Shown: piece by piece, positions 21,251-31,837 of the stretch | How positions within the stretch are numbered: the first letter of the stretch is position 1 | How the letters are laid out: every line of letters begins with the position of its first letter | Assembly: GCA_043823745.1 (NCBI GenBank) | Contig: JBDRAN010000006.1 | Location: 104,176-168,175, forward strand | Origin: Candidatus Omnitrophota bacterium | Lineage (GTDB): Bacteria; Omnitrophota; Gorgyraeia; Duberdicusellales; 4484-171 | Length of the DNA: 64,000 nucleotides | Reading direction: 5' to 3' | Position numbers and translations under genes: made by a program | Notes under the pieces: model-generated | The model's input: the letters and a program-made list of their open reading frames with translations, nothing else | What the model was told of the DNA's origin: nothing | Databases searched by the model: none

Positions 21251-21344
21251 ACGAGCGTAGAGCGCATAGCGCGGAGCGTATAGTTTTGTTTTAAGGGTTA
21301 TTTGTTTTCCTTACTCTACGCTATCCGCTAAACGCTCTACGCTT
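21251..21344. repeat. Two inverted arrays of four 7-bp tandem repeats (AGCGNNN x4, about 30 bp, NNNCGCT x4)
   Basis: AGCGTAG AGCGCAT AGCGCGG AGCGTAT at 21254-21281, and CTCTACGCT ATCCGCT AAACGCT CTACGCT at 21315-21344. The two arrays are reverse complements of each other. Confidence 0.5.
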
Positions 21345-21357
21345 ATATATAATCATT

Positions 21358-21822
21358 ATGAGAAAGACCGTTATCGCAGTAATCGGTGGGCATGCGTGTG
21401 ATCAAAAGACAACATGGCTTGCCAGGAGCTTAGGTAAAGAATTAGCTGCCCTGGCTGAGGTGCTTGTTACCGGCGGGCTCACTGGCGTCATGGCGGCTGC
21501 CTGTGAAGGGTTCAAAAGCGCCGGAGGCTTGACCGTCGGGATTTTACCGGGATATGAGAAAACAGCAGCAAATCCTTTTGTCGATATAGTTATCCCCACC
21601 GGCATGGGGCTGGCCCGGAATGTTTTAGTGGTAACAAGCGCGGATGTGGTGGTGGCGCTTCCCGGTGCAGCCGGTACACTTTCGGAGATCGCCTATTGCG
21701 TGCAGTTTAAAATCCCGGTTGTCAGTTTTCTGTCGTGGGATATCCCGGGTGTTATACCGGCAAAAAATATCATGGAAGTAATCAAGAAAGTCAAGAAGCA
21801 CATACGACAAGGAAAGACATGA
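21358..21822 (+). CDS. LOG/SLOG-family Rossmann-fold protein (TIGR00725-like)
   Basis: VIAVIGG...VLVTGGLTGVMAAACEGFKSAGGLTVGILPG...VVVALPGAAGTLSEIA is the LOG-family GGxGxxxE-like motif set. Its stop overlaps the carA start (ATGA). Confidence 0.55.
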   Translation: MRKTVIAVIGGHACDQKTTWLARSLGKELAALAEVLVTGGLTGVMAAACEGFKSAGGLTVGILPGYEKTAANPFVDIVIPTGMGLARNVLVVTSADVVVALPGAAGTLSEIAYCVQFKIPVVSFLSWDIPGVIPAKNIMEVIKKVKKHIRQGKT

Positions 21823-22955
21823 AGGCAGCACTACTGTTAGAAGACGGTTTTTTTCTAGAAGGGATGAGTTTCGGTAAAGAAGGCGTCACGACAGGCGAGG
21901 TAGTTTTTAATACGTCGATGACCGGATATCAGGAAATCTTGACGGACCCGTCTTACAGGGGGCAAATTGTTTGCATGACATATCCGCTGATCGGCAATTA
22001 TGGGGTTAACCCCGAGGATGTCGAGTCGGCACGCGTACGCGTTGAGGGGTTTATCGTTAAAGAAAAGAGCGCCATTGTTTCGAGCTGGCGCGCGTCAGGG
22101 AGTCTTGAAGATTATCTGAAGGAACATAACATTGTTGGTATCGAAGGTCTCGACACCCGCGCTCTTACTAGACACTTGCGCCAATGCGGCGCGATGAAGG
22201 GTATTATTGCGACGGGGGATGTGCCGCGGGAGGTACTTAAAGAAAAACTCGATAGAGCCCCTTCGATTATGGGCGTCGATTTAGTTAAAGATGTGACCTG
22301 CAATGCGCATTACCAGTGGCAGGAGGGTTTGGGCTCCCGCCGCGTGACCGAGACAAAAAAGAGTCCCCATACCGTTGTCGTGATCGATTGTGGGGTGAAG
22401 TATAGTATTTTGCGCAACCTCAAAGAGCACACAGAGAAGGTTATCGTGGTTCCTGCGCGGACATCACTTTCTGATATCCTCGCGTTTAATCCGCAGGGGA
22501 TTTTATTCTCAAATGGACCAGGAGATCCCGAGGCAGTCACGTATGTTATTGAGACCGGCCGTGAGCTTATCGCCAAGCTTAAAAAGGGCGAGGTCAAGGT
22601 CGCGGTTATGGGGATATGTCTGGGGCATCAGATTCTAGGCCTTGCGTTCGGAGGCCGCGCGCAGAAATTAAAATTTGGTCATCATGGAGGAAATCATCCG
22701 GTTAAGGAGCTTGCAAGCGGTAGAATTGATATTACTGCGCAGAATCATAATTTCGTGATTCCGCCGGTATCGATCCCCGAAGAAGGATTAGAGCAAACGC
22801 ATATTAATTTATACGATCAAACATCTGAGGGCGCACGGCATACGAAGATCCCTATTGTTAGTATACAGTTTCATCCGGAAGCAGGACCCGGGCCCTTTGA
22901 TGCGCGCTATATTTTTACGCATTTCTGTGATTTGATGCGCAGTGCTCAAGCATGA
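21819..22955 (+). CDS. carA: Carbamoyl-phosphate synthase small (glutaminase) subunit
   Basis: MKAALLLEDGFFLEGMSFGKEG...FNTSMTGYQEILTDPSYRGQIVCMTYPLIGNYGVN...GICLGHQIL carries the class I GATase triad. Confidence 0.9.
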   Translation: MKAALLLEDGFFLEGMSFGKEGVTTGEVVFNTSMTGYQEILTDPSYRGQIVCMTYPLIGNYGVNPEDVESARVRVEGFIVKEKSAIVSSWRASGSLEDYLKEHNIVGIEGLDTRALTRHLRQCGAMKGIIATGDVPREVLKEKLDRAPSIMGVDLVKDVTCNAHYQWQEGLGSRRVTETKKSPHTVVVIDCGVKYSILRNLKEHTEKVIVVPARTSLSDILAFNPQGILFSNGPGDPEAVTYVIETGRELIAKLKKGEVKVAVMGICLGHQILGLAFGGRAQKLKFGHHGGNHPVKELASGRIDITAQNHNFVIPPVSIPEEGLEQTHINLYDQTSEGARHTKIPIVSIQFHPEAGPGPFDARYIFTHFCDLMRSAQA

Positions 22956-24251
22956 ATAGAATTCTTTTGTTCTTGTGCGCGGCTACGTTTATGATTCTTC
23001 CGGCCTCCGTGGCCGGGATCCGCGATGAGAATCTGGAGAATGGTATACGGGAGTTCCTCAAGTACCAGACAAATGATGCAACAGGGCTGGTTGACAGCTT
23101 TATTAATACAACTGATGAGCTCCTGGTTAATCAAGCCTCAACCTATGACCAAGCATTGGCGGGGCTGGCTTTCTTGCAGCTGAAAGAGTATCATCGAGCC
23201 AAACAGATTCTGTTGTTTTTTCGCAACCACTGGAGCGATAACGGGCTTTGCAATTTTTACGATACCGATAGCGGCACCTGCGGCGTTGAAACGACGGTGC
23301 ATTTAAGCCCCAACGCCTGGGTGGGGATCCTTGCGCTCTGGTATGGTCGTGAGACCGGAGACGAGTCTTTTTATCCTTTTGCCCGGGATATCGGTATATG
23401 GGTTACCAAACTTCCTCGGCATCGAGGCGGTCTTGCTATGGGGCCGGTCGAGGATTGGGGCGGACCGTGGCCCCAGGTTGTTTCCAGCGAAAATAATCTT
23501 GTTGCCTACGCGCTCCTGCGCGGCCTTGATGAACGCGAGCGCGATCCGGCTATACAGAAACGGTTCATTGACGAGCGGCTGGGCATCATCCGGTTTCTCT
23601 ATGAAGAAATTATCCGGCGCGATGGTAAAGGAAGACTTTCCGAGATAAGCGTAGGGTATAACGTCAGCAAGGGGGGTTTCGCTGGTCGAAGCCTCTGACG
23701 TAGTGACGATGTTGCTCCTTACCTTTAACCCGCGCCAGCTTCGTGAATCAGTTAAGGTAACTGAACGCGAACTGCTTTTTTACCTTGATAGAAAGTTTCT
23801 GGTGACCGACGCCGGGATTAAGGGGTACGATTTTACCGATAAGACTTCCTGCGATCGTATCAAGCGTAAGCGCATGGTTTCCCTTGAATGGAGCGCCCAG
23901 GCCGCGGTCGCTCAAGCGTCGATTTGCCGCTTTTATGAACGCAATCCCGGGCCCGAGGAGATACTTGCAAACGTAATCGATTTGCGCAGCCGCATCCGGG
24001 GACTTACGGGTAATATCGATAAGAAAAGGATTATTACCGCGGCTATGATCTACTACCCGTACGCGACTGTTGATTCCGCGCAAGTTTTTCCGTTCGGCGG
24101 CTGGTGGAAGATACCGCGTGGCGATCCTGCGCGGTGCGGAGCGCTTTCAGCGACCACCTGGCGCTTTTTTATGTACCAAGGCTTTAATCCTTTAGACATA
24201 TCCCGTACCGGGAAGCCAACAACGGAGAGTGCCTATGCCAAAGCGAACTGA
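22952..24251 (+). pseudogene. Exported (alpha/alpha)-toroid-like protein gene split by a +1 frameshift at a G6 tract (23671-23676). It is either a pseudogene or a sequencing or phase-variation artefact.
   Basis: ORF 22952-23698 has a signal peptide, and the next frame is open from 23655 to 24251. Deleting one G in the G6 run fuses them into about 430 aa (...NVSKGG|VSLVEASDVV...). The family assignment is weak. Confidence 0.4.
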
Positions 24252-27200
24252 CATAAAAAAAATCCTTATTATTGGTTCAGGTCCCATTGTTATCGGTCAG
24301 GCCTGTGAGTTTGACTATTCGGGCACGCAGGCCTGTAAAGCCCTGCGTGAAGAGGGTTACAAAGTAGTGCTTCTTAACTCTAACCCCGCGACGATCATGA
24401 CTGATCCTGAGTTTGCCGATGCAACCTATATTGAGCCGATTACCGTGGAGGTGCTCGAGAAAATCATTGAGAAAGAAAAACCGGAAGCCTGTCTCCCCAC
24501 GCTCGGAGGGCAAACGGCGCTTAATATCGCATTTAAGGCGGCAAAGCAGGGAATTTTTAAAAAATACAACGTTGAGCTTATCGGCGCCAACGAAGAAGCA
24601 ATTGCCCGCGCTGAAGATCGGGAACTCTTTAAGGAAACTATGTTTAAAGCGGGCATTGAATTGCCGCGCTCGCGCACGGCATATACGCTTGATGAGGCCA
24701 AAGAAGTTTTGGAGTACCTGGGGCTCCCGTGTGTTGTTCGTCCGGCTTTTACGTTAGGCGGAACAGGCGGGGGGATCGCCTATAACGTTGAGGAATTCTG
24801 GGAGATTATCAAGCGCGGTCTGGATTTAAGCTTGATCCATGAAGTGCTTGTTGAAGAATACCTTCTTGGCTGGAAGGAATTTGAGCTCGAGGTGATGCGC
24901 GACAGGAAAGATAATGTGGTGATTGTCTGTTCCATCGAGAATCTCGATCCCATGGGTGTGCACACTGGAGATTCTATTACGGTTGCGCCGGTGCAGACCT
25001 TGACCGATATTGAGTACCAAAAAATGCGTTCCGCGTCCATTAAGGCGATCCGCGCCATTGGCGTTGAGACCGGAGGCAGCAACATTCAATTCGCGGTTGA
25101 TCCGGCCGACGGACGCATGGTGATTATCGAGATGAACCCCCGTGTTTCTCGCTCATCGGCGCTTGCTTCAAAAGCCACGGGTTTTCCGATTGCTAAAATT
25201 GCCGCTAAGCTCGCGGTGGGCTACACGCTCGACGAGATCCCTAATGATATTACGAAAGAAACACCTGCGTCGTTTGAACCGACCATCGATTATTGCGTAG
25301 TGAAGATTCCACGATTTACGTTTGAAAAATTTCCTCAGGCAGATTCGACTCTGACGACTTCGATGAAATCCGTAGGGGAAGTCATGGCGATCGGGCGAAC
25401 CTTCAAAGAAGCGCTGCTGAAGGGTTTGCGGGCGCTTGAGACCGGGAAAAGCGGCTTTAATTCATTAATTCCGGAAGACAGGGGAGTTTTGAGCGAAGAG
25501 GAGCTTAAAGAAAAGATAAAACAACAAGTCCGCGTACCCACGGATAAGAGAATTTTCTATATCGCCGATGCTTTTAGAATCGGCTTAAGCGTTGACGAGG
25601 TAGCAGATCTTTCACACGTCGATCGATGGTTTTTGCGGAACATACAAGAGATTATCGATTTCGAAAAAGATTTAAGAAAGAGAAAACTCACCCCCGAGAC
25701 GGTACGCGAAGCAAAGAAATTCGGTTTTTCCGACCGCTTTTTAGCCGACATTTTTAGCAGCGACGAGAAGCATATTAGAGACATGCGAGAGCGGGAAAAG
25801 ATAACGGCGGCATATAAACTGGTTGATACGTGTGCTGCGGAATTCGAAGCGTATACACCGTATTATTATTCAACCTATGAGTCGGAATGCGAATCGCGCA
25901 TCTCGAGTAAGAAAAAAGTAATGATTCTAGGCGGAGGCCCCAACCGCATCGGCCAAGGCATTGAGTTTGATTATTGCTGCGTGCATGCTGCTTTCTCGCT
26001 CAAAGAAGAAGGAATTGAAGTTATTATGGTTAACTGTAATCCCGAAACAGTTTCAACTGACTATGATACTTCCGATAAATTGTATTTCGAGCCCATTACG
26101 TTAGAAGACGTGCTCGGTATCGTAAAGAAAGAAAAGCCTTCCGGTGTCATACTTCAATTCGGCGGCCAGACCCCGCTCAATTTAGCCCTTGGTCTTGAAC
26201 GTGAAGGGGTCATCGTGCTTGGTACAAAAGCAAAGTATATCGATATCGCCGAAGACAGAGATAAATTTAGATTGATGCTGGAGCGTTGTGATTTAAAACA
26301 AGCAGAAAGCGGTATTGCGCATAGCTTTGAAGAAGCACAAGGGATCGTAGAACGCTTGGGTTATCCGGTCATGGTGCGCCCTTCCTATGTTTTGGGCGGG
26401 CGCGCCATGGAGATCGTATACGACAGTCAGGCTCTCGAGAGGTTTATCAAAGAGGCCCTCCTGTGTTCCATGAATCAAACTATTCTCATTGACAAGTTCT
26501 TGGAAGATGCCATTGAAGTGGATGTTGATTTAATCGGCGACGGAGAAAACTTTGTTATCGGAGGAATTTTAGAGCATATCGAAGAAGCGGGGATTCATTC
26601 GGGTGATAGCGCAATGTGTTTGCCGGTTTTTAGCCTTCCCGAGAAAACGATAGATAAAATTCGCACCATCAGCCATACACTTGCCCGGGAACTGAATATC
26701 GTCGGATTAATGAACATACAGTTTGCGGTTAAAAATTCCGACGTATATATTTTAGAAGTCAACCCGCGCGCCTCCCGCACCATACCTTTTATTGCAAAAG
26801 CAGTCGGCGTACCCCTGGCGAAACTTGCAGCGAAGGTCATGGTGGGTAAAAAACTTACTGAATTGAGGTTTACCCAAGAGGTTATCCCCCCGTATATGAG
26901 CGTCAAAGAATCGGTATTTCCTTTTAACCGGTTTTTAGGAGTGGATACGATGTTGGGGCCGGAGATGCGCTCAACCGGCGAGGTGATGGGGATTGATAAA
27001 GATTTTGGACGTGCCTACTTAAAGAGTCAGATCGCCGCCTCGCAATTTCTACCCAAAGAGGGAAAAATTTTTGTCTCGGTAAAAGATAAGGATAAAAAAG
27101 CAATTGTTGCGGCGGTCAAAAAATTGCGTGATTTAGGTTTTATGATCTTGACCACCGAAGGAACCGGCGCGGTGCTTGCCGAGAAGGGGATAGAAGCAAA

Positions 27201-27468
27201 AATACTGCCGAAAGTTTCCGAAGGCCGGCCCAATATCCTCGATTATCTTAAAAACCGGGAGGTCAAGCTTATCATCAACACTCCTTCGGGTAGGCTGCCG
27301 CGTAAGGACGAAATCGTAATACGCTCGACTGCGACGCTCTATAATATTCCGGTGATCACTACGGTTTCGGGTGTCATTGCTTCGGTGAAAGCCATAGAGC
27401 TTTTGCGCAAAGGCGGCATAGCCATAGAGAGCATTCAGAACTATCATAAAAAATGTAAAAACCAATAG
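24235..27468 (+). CDS. carB: Carbamoyl-phosphate synthase large subunit, copy 1
   Basis: [32 protein letters not shown]... Two ATP-grasp halves, an oligomerisation domain and an MGS-like domain; 1077 aa. Confidence 0.9.
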   Translation: MPKRTDIKKILIIGSGPIVIGQACEFDYSGTQACKALREEGYKVVLLNSNPATIMTDPEFADATYIEPITVEVLEKIIEKEKPEACLPTLGGQTALNIAFKAAKQGIFKKYNVELIGANEEAIARAEDRELFKETMFKAGIELPRSRTAYTLDEAKEVLEYLGLPCVVRPAFTLGGTGGGIAYNVEEFWEIIKRGLDLSLIHEVLVEEYLLGWKEFELEVMRDRKDNVVIVCSIENLDPMGVHTGDSITVAPVQTLTDIEYQKMRSASIKAIRAIGVETGGSNIQFAVDPADGRMVIIEMNPRVSRSSALASKATGFPIAKIAAKLAVGYTLDEIPNDITKETPASFEPTIDYCVVKIPRFTFEKFPQADSTLTTSMKSVGEVMAIGRTFKEALLKGLRALETGKSGFNSLIPEDRGVLSEEELKEKIKQQVRVPTDKRIFYIADAFRIGLSVDEVADLSHVDRWFLRNIQEIIDFEKDLRKRKLTPETVREAKKFGFSDRFLADIFSSDEKHIRDMREREKITAAYKLVDTCAAEFEAYTPYYYSTYESECESRISSKKKVMILGGGPNRIGQGIEFDYCCVHAAFSLKEEGIEVIMVNCNPETVSTDYDTSDKLYFEPITLEDVLGIVKKEKPSGVILQFGGQTPLNLALGLEREGVIVLGTKAKYIDIAEDRDKFRLMLERCDLKQAESGIAHSFEEAQGIVERLGYPVMVRPSYVLGGRAMEIVYDSQALERFIKEALLCSMNQTILIDKFLEDAIEVDVDLIGDGENFVIGGILEHIEEAGIHSGDSAMCLPVFSLPEKTIDKIRTISHTLARELNIVGLMNIQFAVKNSDVYILEVNPRASRTIPFIAKAVGVPLAKLAAKVMVGKKLTELRFTQEVIPPYMSVKESVFPFNRFLGVDTMLGPEMRSTGEVMGIDKDFGRAYLKSQIAASQFLPKEGKIFVSVKDKDKKAIVAAVKKLRDLGFMILTTEGTGAVLAEKGIEAKILPKVSEGRPNILDYLKNREVKLIINTPSGRLPRKDEIVIRSTATLYNIPVITTVSGVIASVKAIELLRKGGIAIESIQNYHKKCKNQ

Positions 27469-27525
27469 TGTTATTCGGTAGCGCCCATAACAACGAAGTT
27501 ATTGATTTACGAAAAGGAGGTTGGG

Positions 27526-30500
27526 ATGCCCAAGCGAACGGATATTAAAAAAATACTTATTATTGGTTCAGGCCCGATTATCATCGGCCAGGCGTGCGAG
27601 TTTGATTATTCGGGAACACAAGCGTGTAAGGCGCTTCGTGAAGAAGGCTATGTAGTAGTGCTTGTTAATTCTAACCCCGCCACGATCATGACTGATCCCG
27701 GCATGGCCGATAAAACCTATATTGAACCTCTTACCGTAGAAAGTCTTGAGAAAATTATTGCCAAAGAAAAACCTGATGCGCTTCTTCCCAATCTTGGCGG
27801 TCAAACCGGACTTAATCTTGCCTCGGGCCTCCATACGCAAGGAATTTTAAAAAAGTATAATGTTGAGCTCATTGGCGTTAAAGCTGATGCGATTGAGCGG
27901 GGAGAAGACCGTCTCGCGTTTAAAGATACTATGGAGAAGCTCGGCATTGTAACCCCGCAATCTAAAATCTGTCTCTCTGTCGAAGAGGCAGAATTGGTTG
28001 CGGAGAAACTTAAATACCCCGTGGTGGTGCGTCCGGCCTACACCTTAGGCGGTACCGGCGGGGGTATCGTGTATAATGTCGAAGAGTTACGGACGATTAC
28101 CACCAGAGGCCTTAATGCGAGTCTTATCCACCAGGTATTGATTGAAGAATCAGTTTTAGGCTGGGAGGAATTAGAACTCGAAGTGGTCCGCGACGCCAAA
28201 AATCAAAAGATCACCGTTTGTTTTATCGAAAATATTGACCCTATGGGGGTGCACACCGGCGACAGCTTTTGTGTTGCACCCATGCTAACCGTACCCCAAG
28301 AGTTGCAGAAGCGTATGCAGGATTTTTCATATAAAATTGTTGACGCTATCGGTGTGGTGGGGGGGACAAACATTCAATTTGCACATAACCCAGACGACGA
28401 TCGATTGGTGGCTATTGAGATTAATCCCCGGACATCGCGTTCGTCAGCCCTCGCGTCAAAAGCCACGGGCTTTCCTATCGCGCGTATCTCGACAAAGCTT
28501 GCCGCCGGTATTACCATGGATGAGATACCGTATTGGAGAAAGGGAACGCTTGAAGCATACGAGCCAAGCGGTGACTACGTGGTGGTTAAATTTGCACGCT
28601 GGGCTTTTGAGAAATTCCCCCAGGCGCGAGATATTCTCGGTACGCAGATGAAAGCGGTCGGCGAAGTAATGAGCATCGGCAAGACCTTTAAGGAAGCACT
28701 GCAGAAAGCGATACGTTCGCTGGAAATAAATCGCTATGGTTTAGGAGTAAAAAAATTTAGGGCGCTGACGTTTGACGCATTAAAGGAGCAGATAGCGTTT
28801 CCCTCAAGCGAGCGCATTTTCCTTATGTATGAATGTTTGCGTCGTGGCGTGGCGGTTGAGGAGCTGTATAAAATAACCCGTATTGGACGCTGGTTTATTG
28901 GAGAGATGAAGGATCTGGTTGATTTTGAAGAAGAGCTGCTCAAATATAAGTGGCTCGAGGTGCCTGATAAAAAACTTATCCAAGCCAAAGAATGGGGTTT
29001 TTCCGATCGGTATCTGGCAGAACTCTTTGCCGTAAAAGAAAGAACCGTGCGGGAAAGAAGGATTATTCTTGGGAAAAAAAACCGCTACGCCGCCATTGAA
29101 GTAAGCGGAGTACCAAATGCCGCGTACTATTACTCAACCTATATAGCGGAAGATACCGTGAAGGTGTCCGATAAAAAGAAAGTGATGATCTTAGGCGGAG
29201 GCCCCAACCGCATCGGCCAAGGCATTGAGTTTGATTACACCTGCGTGCACGCCGCGTTCGCCTTGCGCGATGACGGCTATGAATCAATTATGGTCAACTG
29301 TAACCCGGAAACCGTTTCTACTGATTATGATACTTCCAATAAGCTGTATTTCGAACCCTTGACGGTGGAGGATGTATTAGCCATTTACGAGAAAGAAAAA
29401 CCGGAAGGCGTGATCGTCCAGTTCGGCGGGCAAACCCCGCTCAACATCGCGCAGCAGCTAAAAGACAATGGTGTTACGATTCTGGGTACTTCGCCCGAAA
29501 GTATTCGCCTGGCGGAAGACAGAGAATATTTCAGGGAGCGGATGAAGAAGTTAGGAATAATGCAACCTGCCGGCGACGCCGCGCGCTCGCTGGACGAGGC
29601 AATTAAAATTGCTAAAAGAATAGGTTACCCTCTCATGGTACGGCCTTCGTTTGTGTTGGGTGGACGAGGCATGGAGGTTATCTACGATGAAGAGATGCTA
29701 CGCAAATATGCACAAGCGGCTATCGAAATTACCCCGGAATTCCCTATGCTTATCGACCGTTTCTTGGAACAGGCTATTGAAACGGAAGTCGATGCGCTTT
29801 CTGACGGGGAAGATACCTTTGTTGCCGCAGTCATGGAACACATCGAGTTTGCCGGAGTTCATTCAGGCGATTCTGCCTGCGCAATCCCGCCACGGACTAT
29901 CTCCGAAAAGCATTTAAAGACCATAGAGGAATACACCGCAAAAATCGCCAAAGAATTAAAAGTAGTGGGGCTTATCAATATTCAATATGCCATTTGTAAT
30001 GATGAGGTTTATATTCTTGAAGCTAACCCTCGCGCCTCCCGCACCGTGCCACTGGTGTCTAAAATAACAGGCATACCCATTGCTCGGATCGCTACGCAAA
30101 TGATGCTTGGTAGAAAAATAAAATACTTTCCGGAACTCAAAAAACATACATTTCCTTACGTAGGGGTCAAGGAAGCGGTATTTCCTTTCAATATGTTTTC
30201 CGAGGTAGACCCGGTGCTTGGCCCGGAAATGAAAGCCACCGGCGAGGTTATGGGAATTGCCGAGACATTTGGCTTGGCCTTTTACAAAGCAGAAGAAGCG
30301 GCGGGTACAAAATTGCCGACAGAAGGCAATATCCTTCTGACGGTAGCAGATAAAGACAAAAAGGCGCTTTTACCTATTGCCAAGCGTCTGCAAAAAATAG
30401 GATTCACGATTTATGCGACGGAAGGAACCAGCGTGTTTTTAAAAGAAAAAGGCGTGGAGAATATAGAAATAAAAAAATTGCCGGAAGGACGACCCAACAT

Positions 30501-30729
30501 CATTGACTCCATTAAGAACAGGGATCTGCATTTAATCATTAATACGCCTATTGGTCGCAGCAGCAAGCTTGATGACAGCTACATCCGCATCATGGCCATA
30601 CAGTACAAAATTCCCTACATCACTACCATTGCCGCAGCGCAGGCCAGCGTAGAGGGTATTGAGGCAATTATCAAACAAAAGCTTTCGCCCACGGCACTAC
30701 AGGATTATCATCGTCTGATTAAGGGGTAG
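27526..30729 (+). CDS. carB: Carbamoyl-phosphate synthase large subunit, copy 2 (tandem paralog)
   Basis: [32 protein letters not shown]... Same full domain set at 1067 aa, roughly 60% identical to copy 1 by eye. An approximately 46-nt stretch is identical in both (ttaggcggaggccccaaccgcatcggccaaggcattgagtttgatta). Confidence 0.9.
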   Translation: MPKRTDIKKILIIGSGPIIIGQACEFDYSGTQACKALREEGYVVVLVNSNPATIMTDPGMADKTYIEPLTVESLEKIIAKEKPDALLPNLGGQTGLNLASGLHTQGILKKYNVELIGVKADAIERGEDRLAFKDTMEKLGIVTPQSKICLSVEEAELVAEKLKYPVVVRPAYTLGGTGGGIVYNVEELRTITTRGLNASLIHQVLIEESVLGWEELELEVVRDAKNQKITVCFIENIDPMGVHTGDSFCVAPMLTVPQELQKRMQDFSYKIVDAIGVVGGTNIQFAHNPDDDRLVAIEINPRTSRSSALASKATGFPIARISTKLAAGITMDEIPYWRKGTLEAYEPSGDYVVVKFARWAFEKFPQARDILGTQMKAVGEVMSIGKTFKEALQKAIRSLEINRYGLGVKKFRALTFDALKEQIAFPSSERIFLMYECLRRGVAVEELYKITRIGRWFIGEMKDLVDFEEELLKYKWLEVPDKKLIQAKEWGFSDRYLAELFAVKERTVRERRIILGKKNRYAAIEVSGVPNAAYYYSTYIAEDTVKVSDKKKVMILGGGPNRIGQGIEFDYTCVHAAFALRDDGYESIMVNCNPETVSTDYDTSNKLYFEPLTVEDVLAIYEKEKPEGVIVQFGGQTPLNIAQQLKDNGVTILGTSPESIRLAEDREYFRERMKKLGIMQPAGDAARSLDEAIKIAKRIGYPLMVRPSFVLGGRGMEVIYDEEMLRKYAQAAIEITPEFPMLIDRFLEQAIETEVDALSDGEDTFVAAVMEHIEFAGVHSGDSACAIPPRTISEKHLKTIEEYTAKIAKELKVVGLINIQYAICNDEVYILEANPRASRTVPLVSKITGIPIARIATQMMLGRKIKYFPELKKHTFPYVGVKEAVFPFNMFSEVDPVLGPEMKATGEVMGIAETFGLAFYKAEEAAGTKLPTEGNILLTVADKDKKALLPIAKRLQKIGFTIYATEGTSVFLKEKGVENIEIKKLPEGRPNIIDSIKNRDLHLIINTPIGRSSKLDDSYIRIMAIQYKIPYITTIAAAQASVEGIEAIIKQKLSPTALQDYHRLIKG

Positions 30730-30770
30730 AGTTTTTGAAGGTCTGCCCAGTGAGGGGTATTTAAAAGAAA

Positions 30771-31292
30771 ATGTTGAATAAAGAACAAATAAGAAAGCTT
30801 GTTGTTGAGCAAAAGCTTATTGAAGGCTGTATTAAGCTAGAAACACAACTGACGCCCAATGGTTTTGATGTGACCGTTGCCACAGTCTCGGAATTTGCCG
30901 GTTCCGGCGCTCTTGATTTTTCTAATTCCGAGCGCGTGTTGCCTGCGTGTCACGCGATTGCTCCGCATAAGAAAAAACAAGAGGATACGTTCGGTTGGTG
31001 GAAATTGCTCCCGGGCGCCTATAAAATACGCACCAATGAGACCGTTAACCTTCCCAATACGCTGATTGCGCTTGCCTACACGCGCACGTCGCTTCTGCGT
31101 ATGGGCGCCTATACCCAGCATGGTGTCTGGGATGCTGGTTTTCATGGAACCGGCGAGTTTATTCTTATCGTGGCCAACCCCCACGGTATTGAGCTTAAGC
31201 AAAATTGTCGTATTGCCCAACTGGTATTTGTGCCGGTCGATGAGACACAGGGGTATACGGGGATATATAATAACGCTAATTCCCGCGAATAA
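30771..31292 (+). CDS. dCTP deaminase / dUTPase-superfamily protein
   Basis: ...YTRTSLLRMGAYTQHGVWDAGFHGTGEFILIVANPHGIELKQNCRIAQLVF matches the Dcd motif block RSSLARLG...DPGW.G...LE..N. Confidence 0.65.
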   Translation: MLNKEQIRKLVVEQKLIEGCIKLETQLTPNGFDVTVATVSEFAGSGALDFSNSERVLPACHAIAPHKKKQEDTFGWWKLLPGAYKIRTNETVNLPNTLIALAYTRTSLLRMGAYTQHGVWDAGFHGTGEFILIVANPHGIELKQNCRIAQLVFVPVDETQGYTGIYNNANSRE

Positions 31293-31364
31293 AGAAACGC
31301 GAATTACCGCGAATGGATTAGCGGCAATGAGCGTTTTCAATGAGCGGTCATTAGCGCCAAGTAT

Positions 31365-31754
31365 ATGGATATAATAAAAATAATCACCAATAAAAGAAAC
31401 GAGTTTATCGATATTACCACGCACCTTCAAGGGGTAGTAAAAGATTCAAAAGTTAAAGATGGTATGTGCGTGGTTTTTTGTCCGCATACGACTGCAGGCC
31501 TTACCATTAACGAGAATGCCGACTCGTCGGTGCAACACGATATTTTAAAACATCTGGCCGAAGTCATCCCCCAGCGTAACGGCTTTACGCACTCGGAAGG
31601 TAATTCAGATGCTCACATAAAAAGTTCTCTGGTTGGTTGTTCCCTGAATATTTTTATTGAGGATAATGGATTGAAGCTTGGTGTCTGGCAGGGGGTTTAT
31701 TTTTGTGAATTCGACGGCCCACGCTCTCGTGAGGTGTGGGTAAAAATTATGTAA
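31365..31754 (+). CDS. YjbQ/UPF0047 family protein
   Basis: ...CVVFCPHTTAGLTINENADSSVQHDILKHL...SSLVGCSLNIFIEDNGLKLGVWQG is the family signature. Confidence 0.75.
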   Translation: MDIIKIITNKRNEFIDITTHLQGVVKDSKVKDGMCVVFCPHTTAGLTINENADSSVQHDILKHLAEVIPQRNGFTHSEGNSDAHIKSSLVGCSLNIFIEDNGLKLGVWQGVYFCEFDGPRSREVWVKIM

Positions 31755-31837
31755 GCCATCACTCGTCAGCCCTCAGCCATAGAAACGAAAACAAAAAAGC
31801 CGATAGCTGGTAGCTGAAGACGGGAAGCTCAATTATT

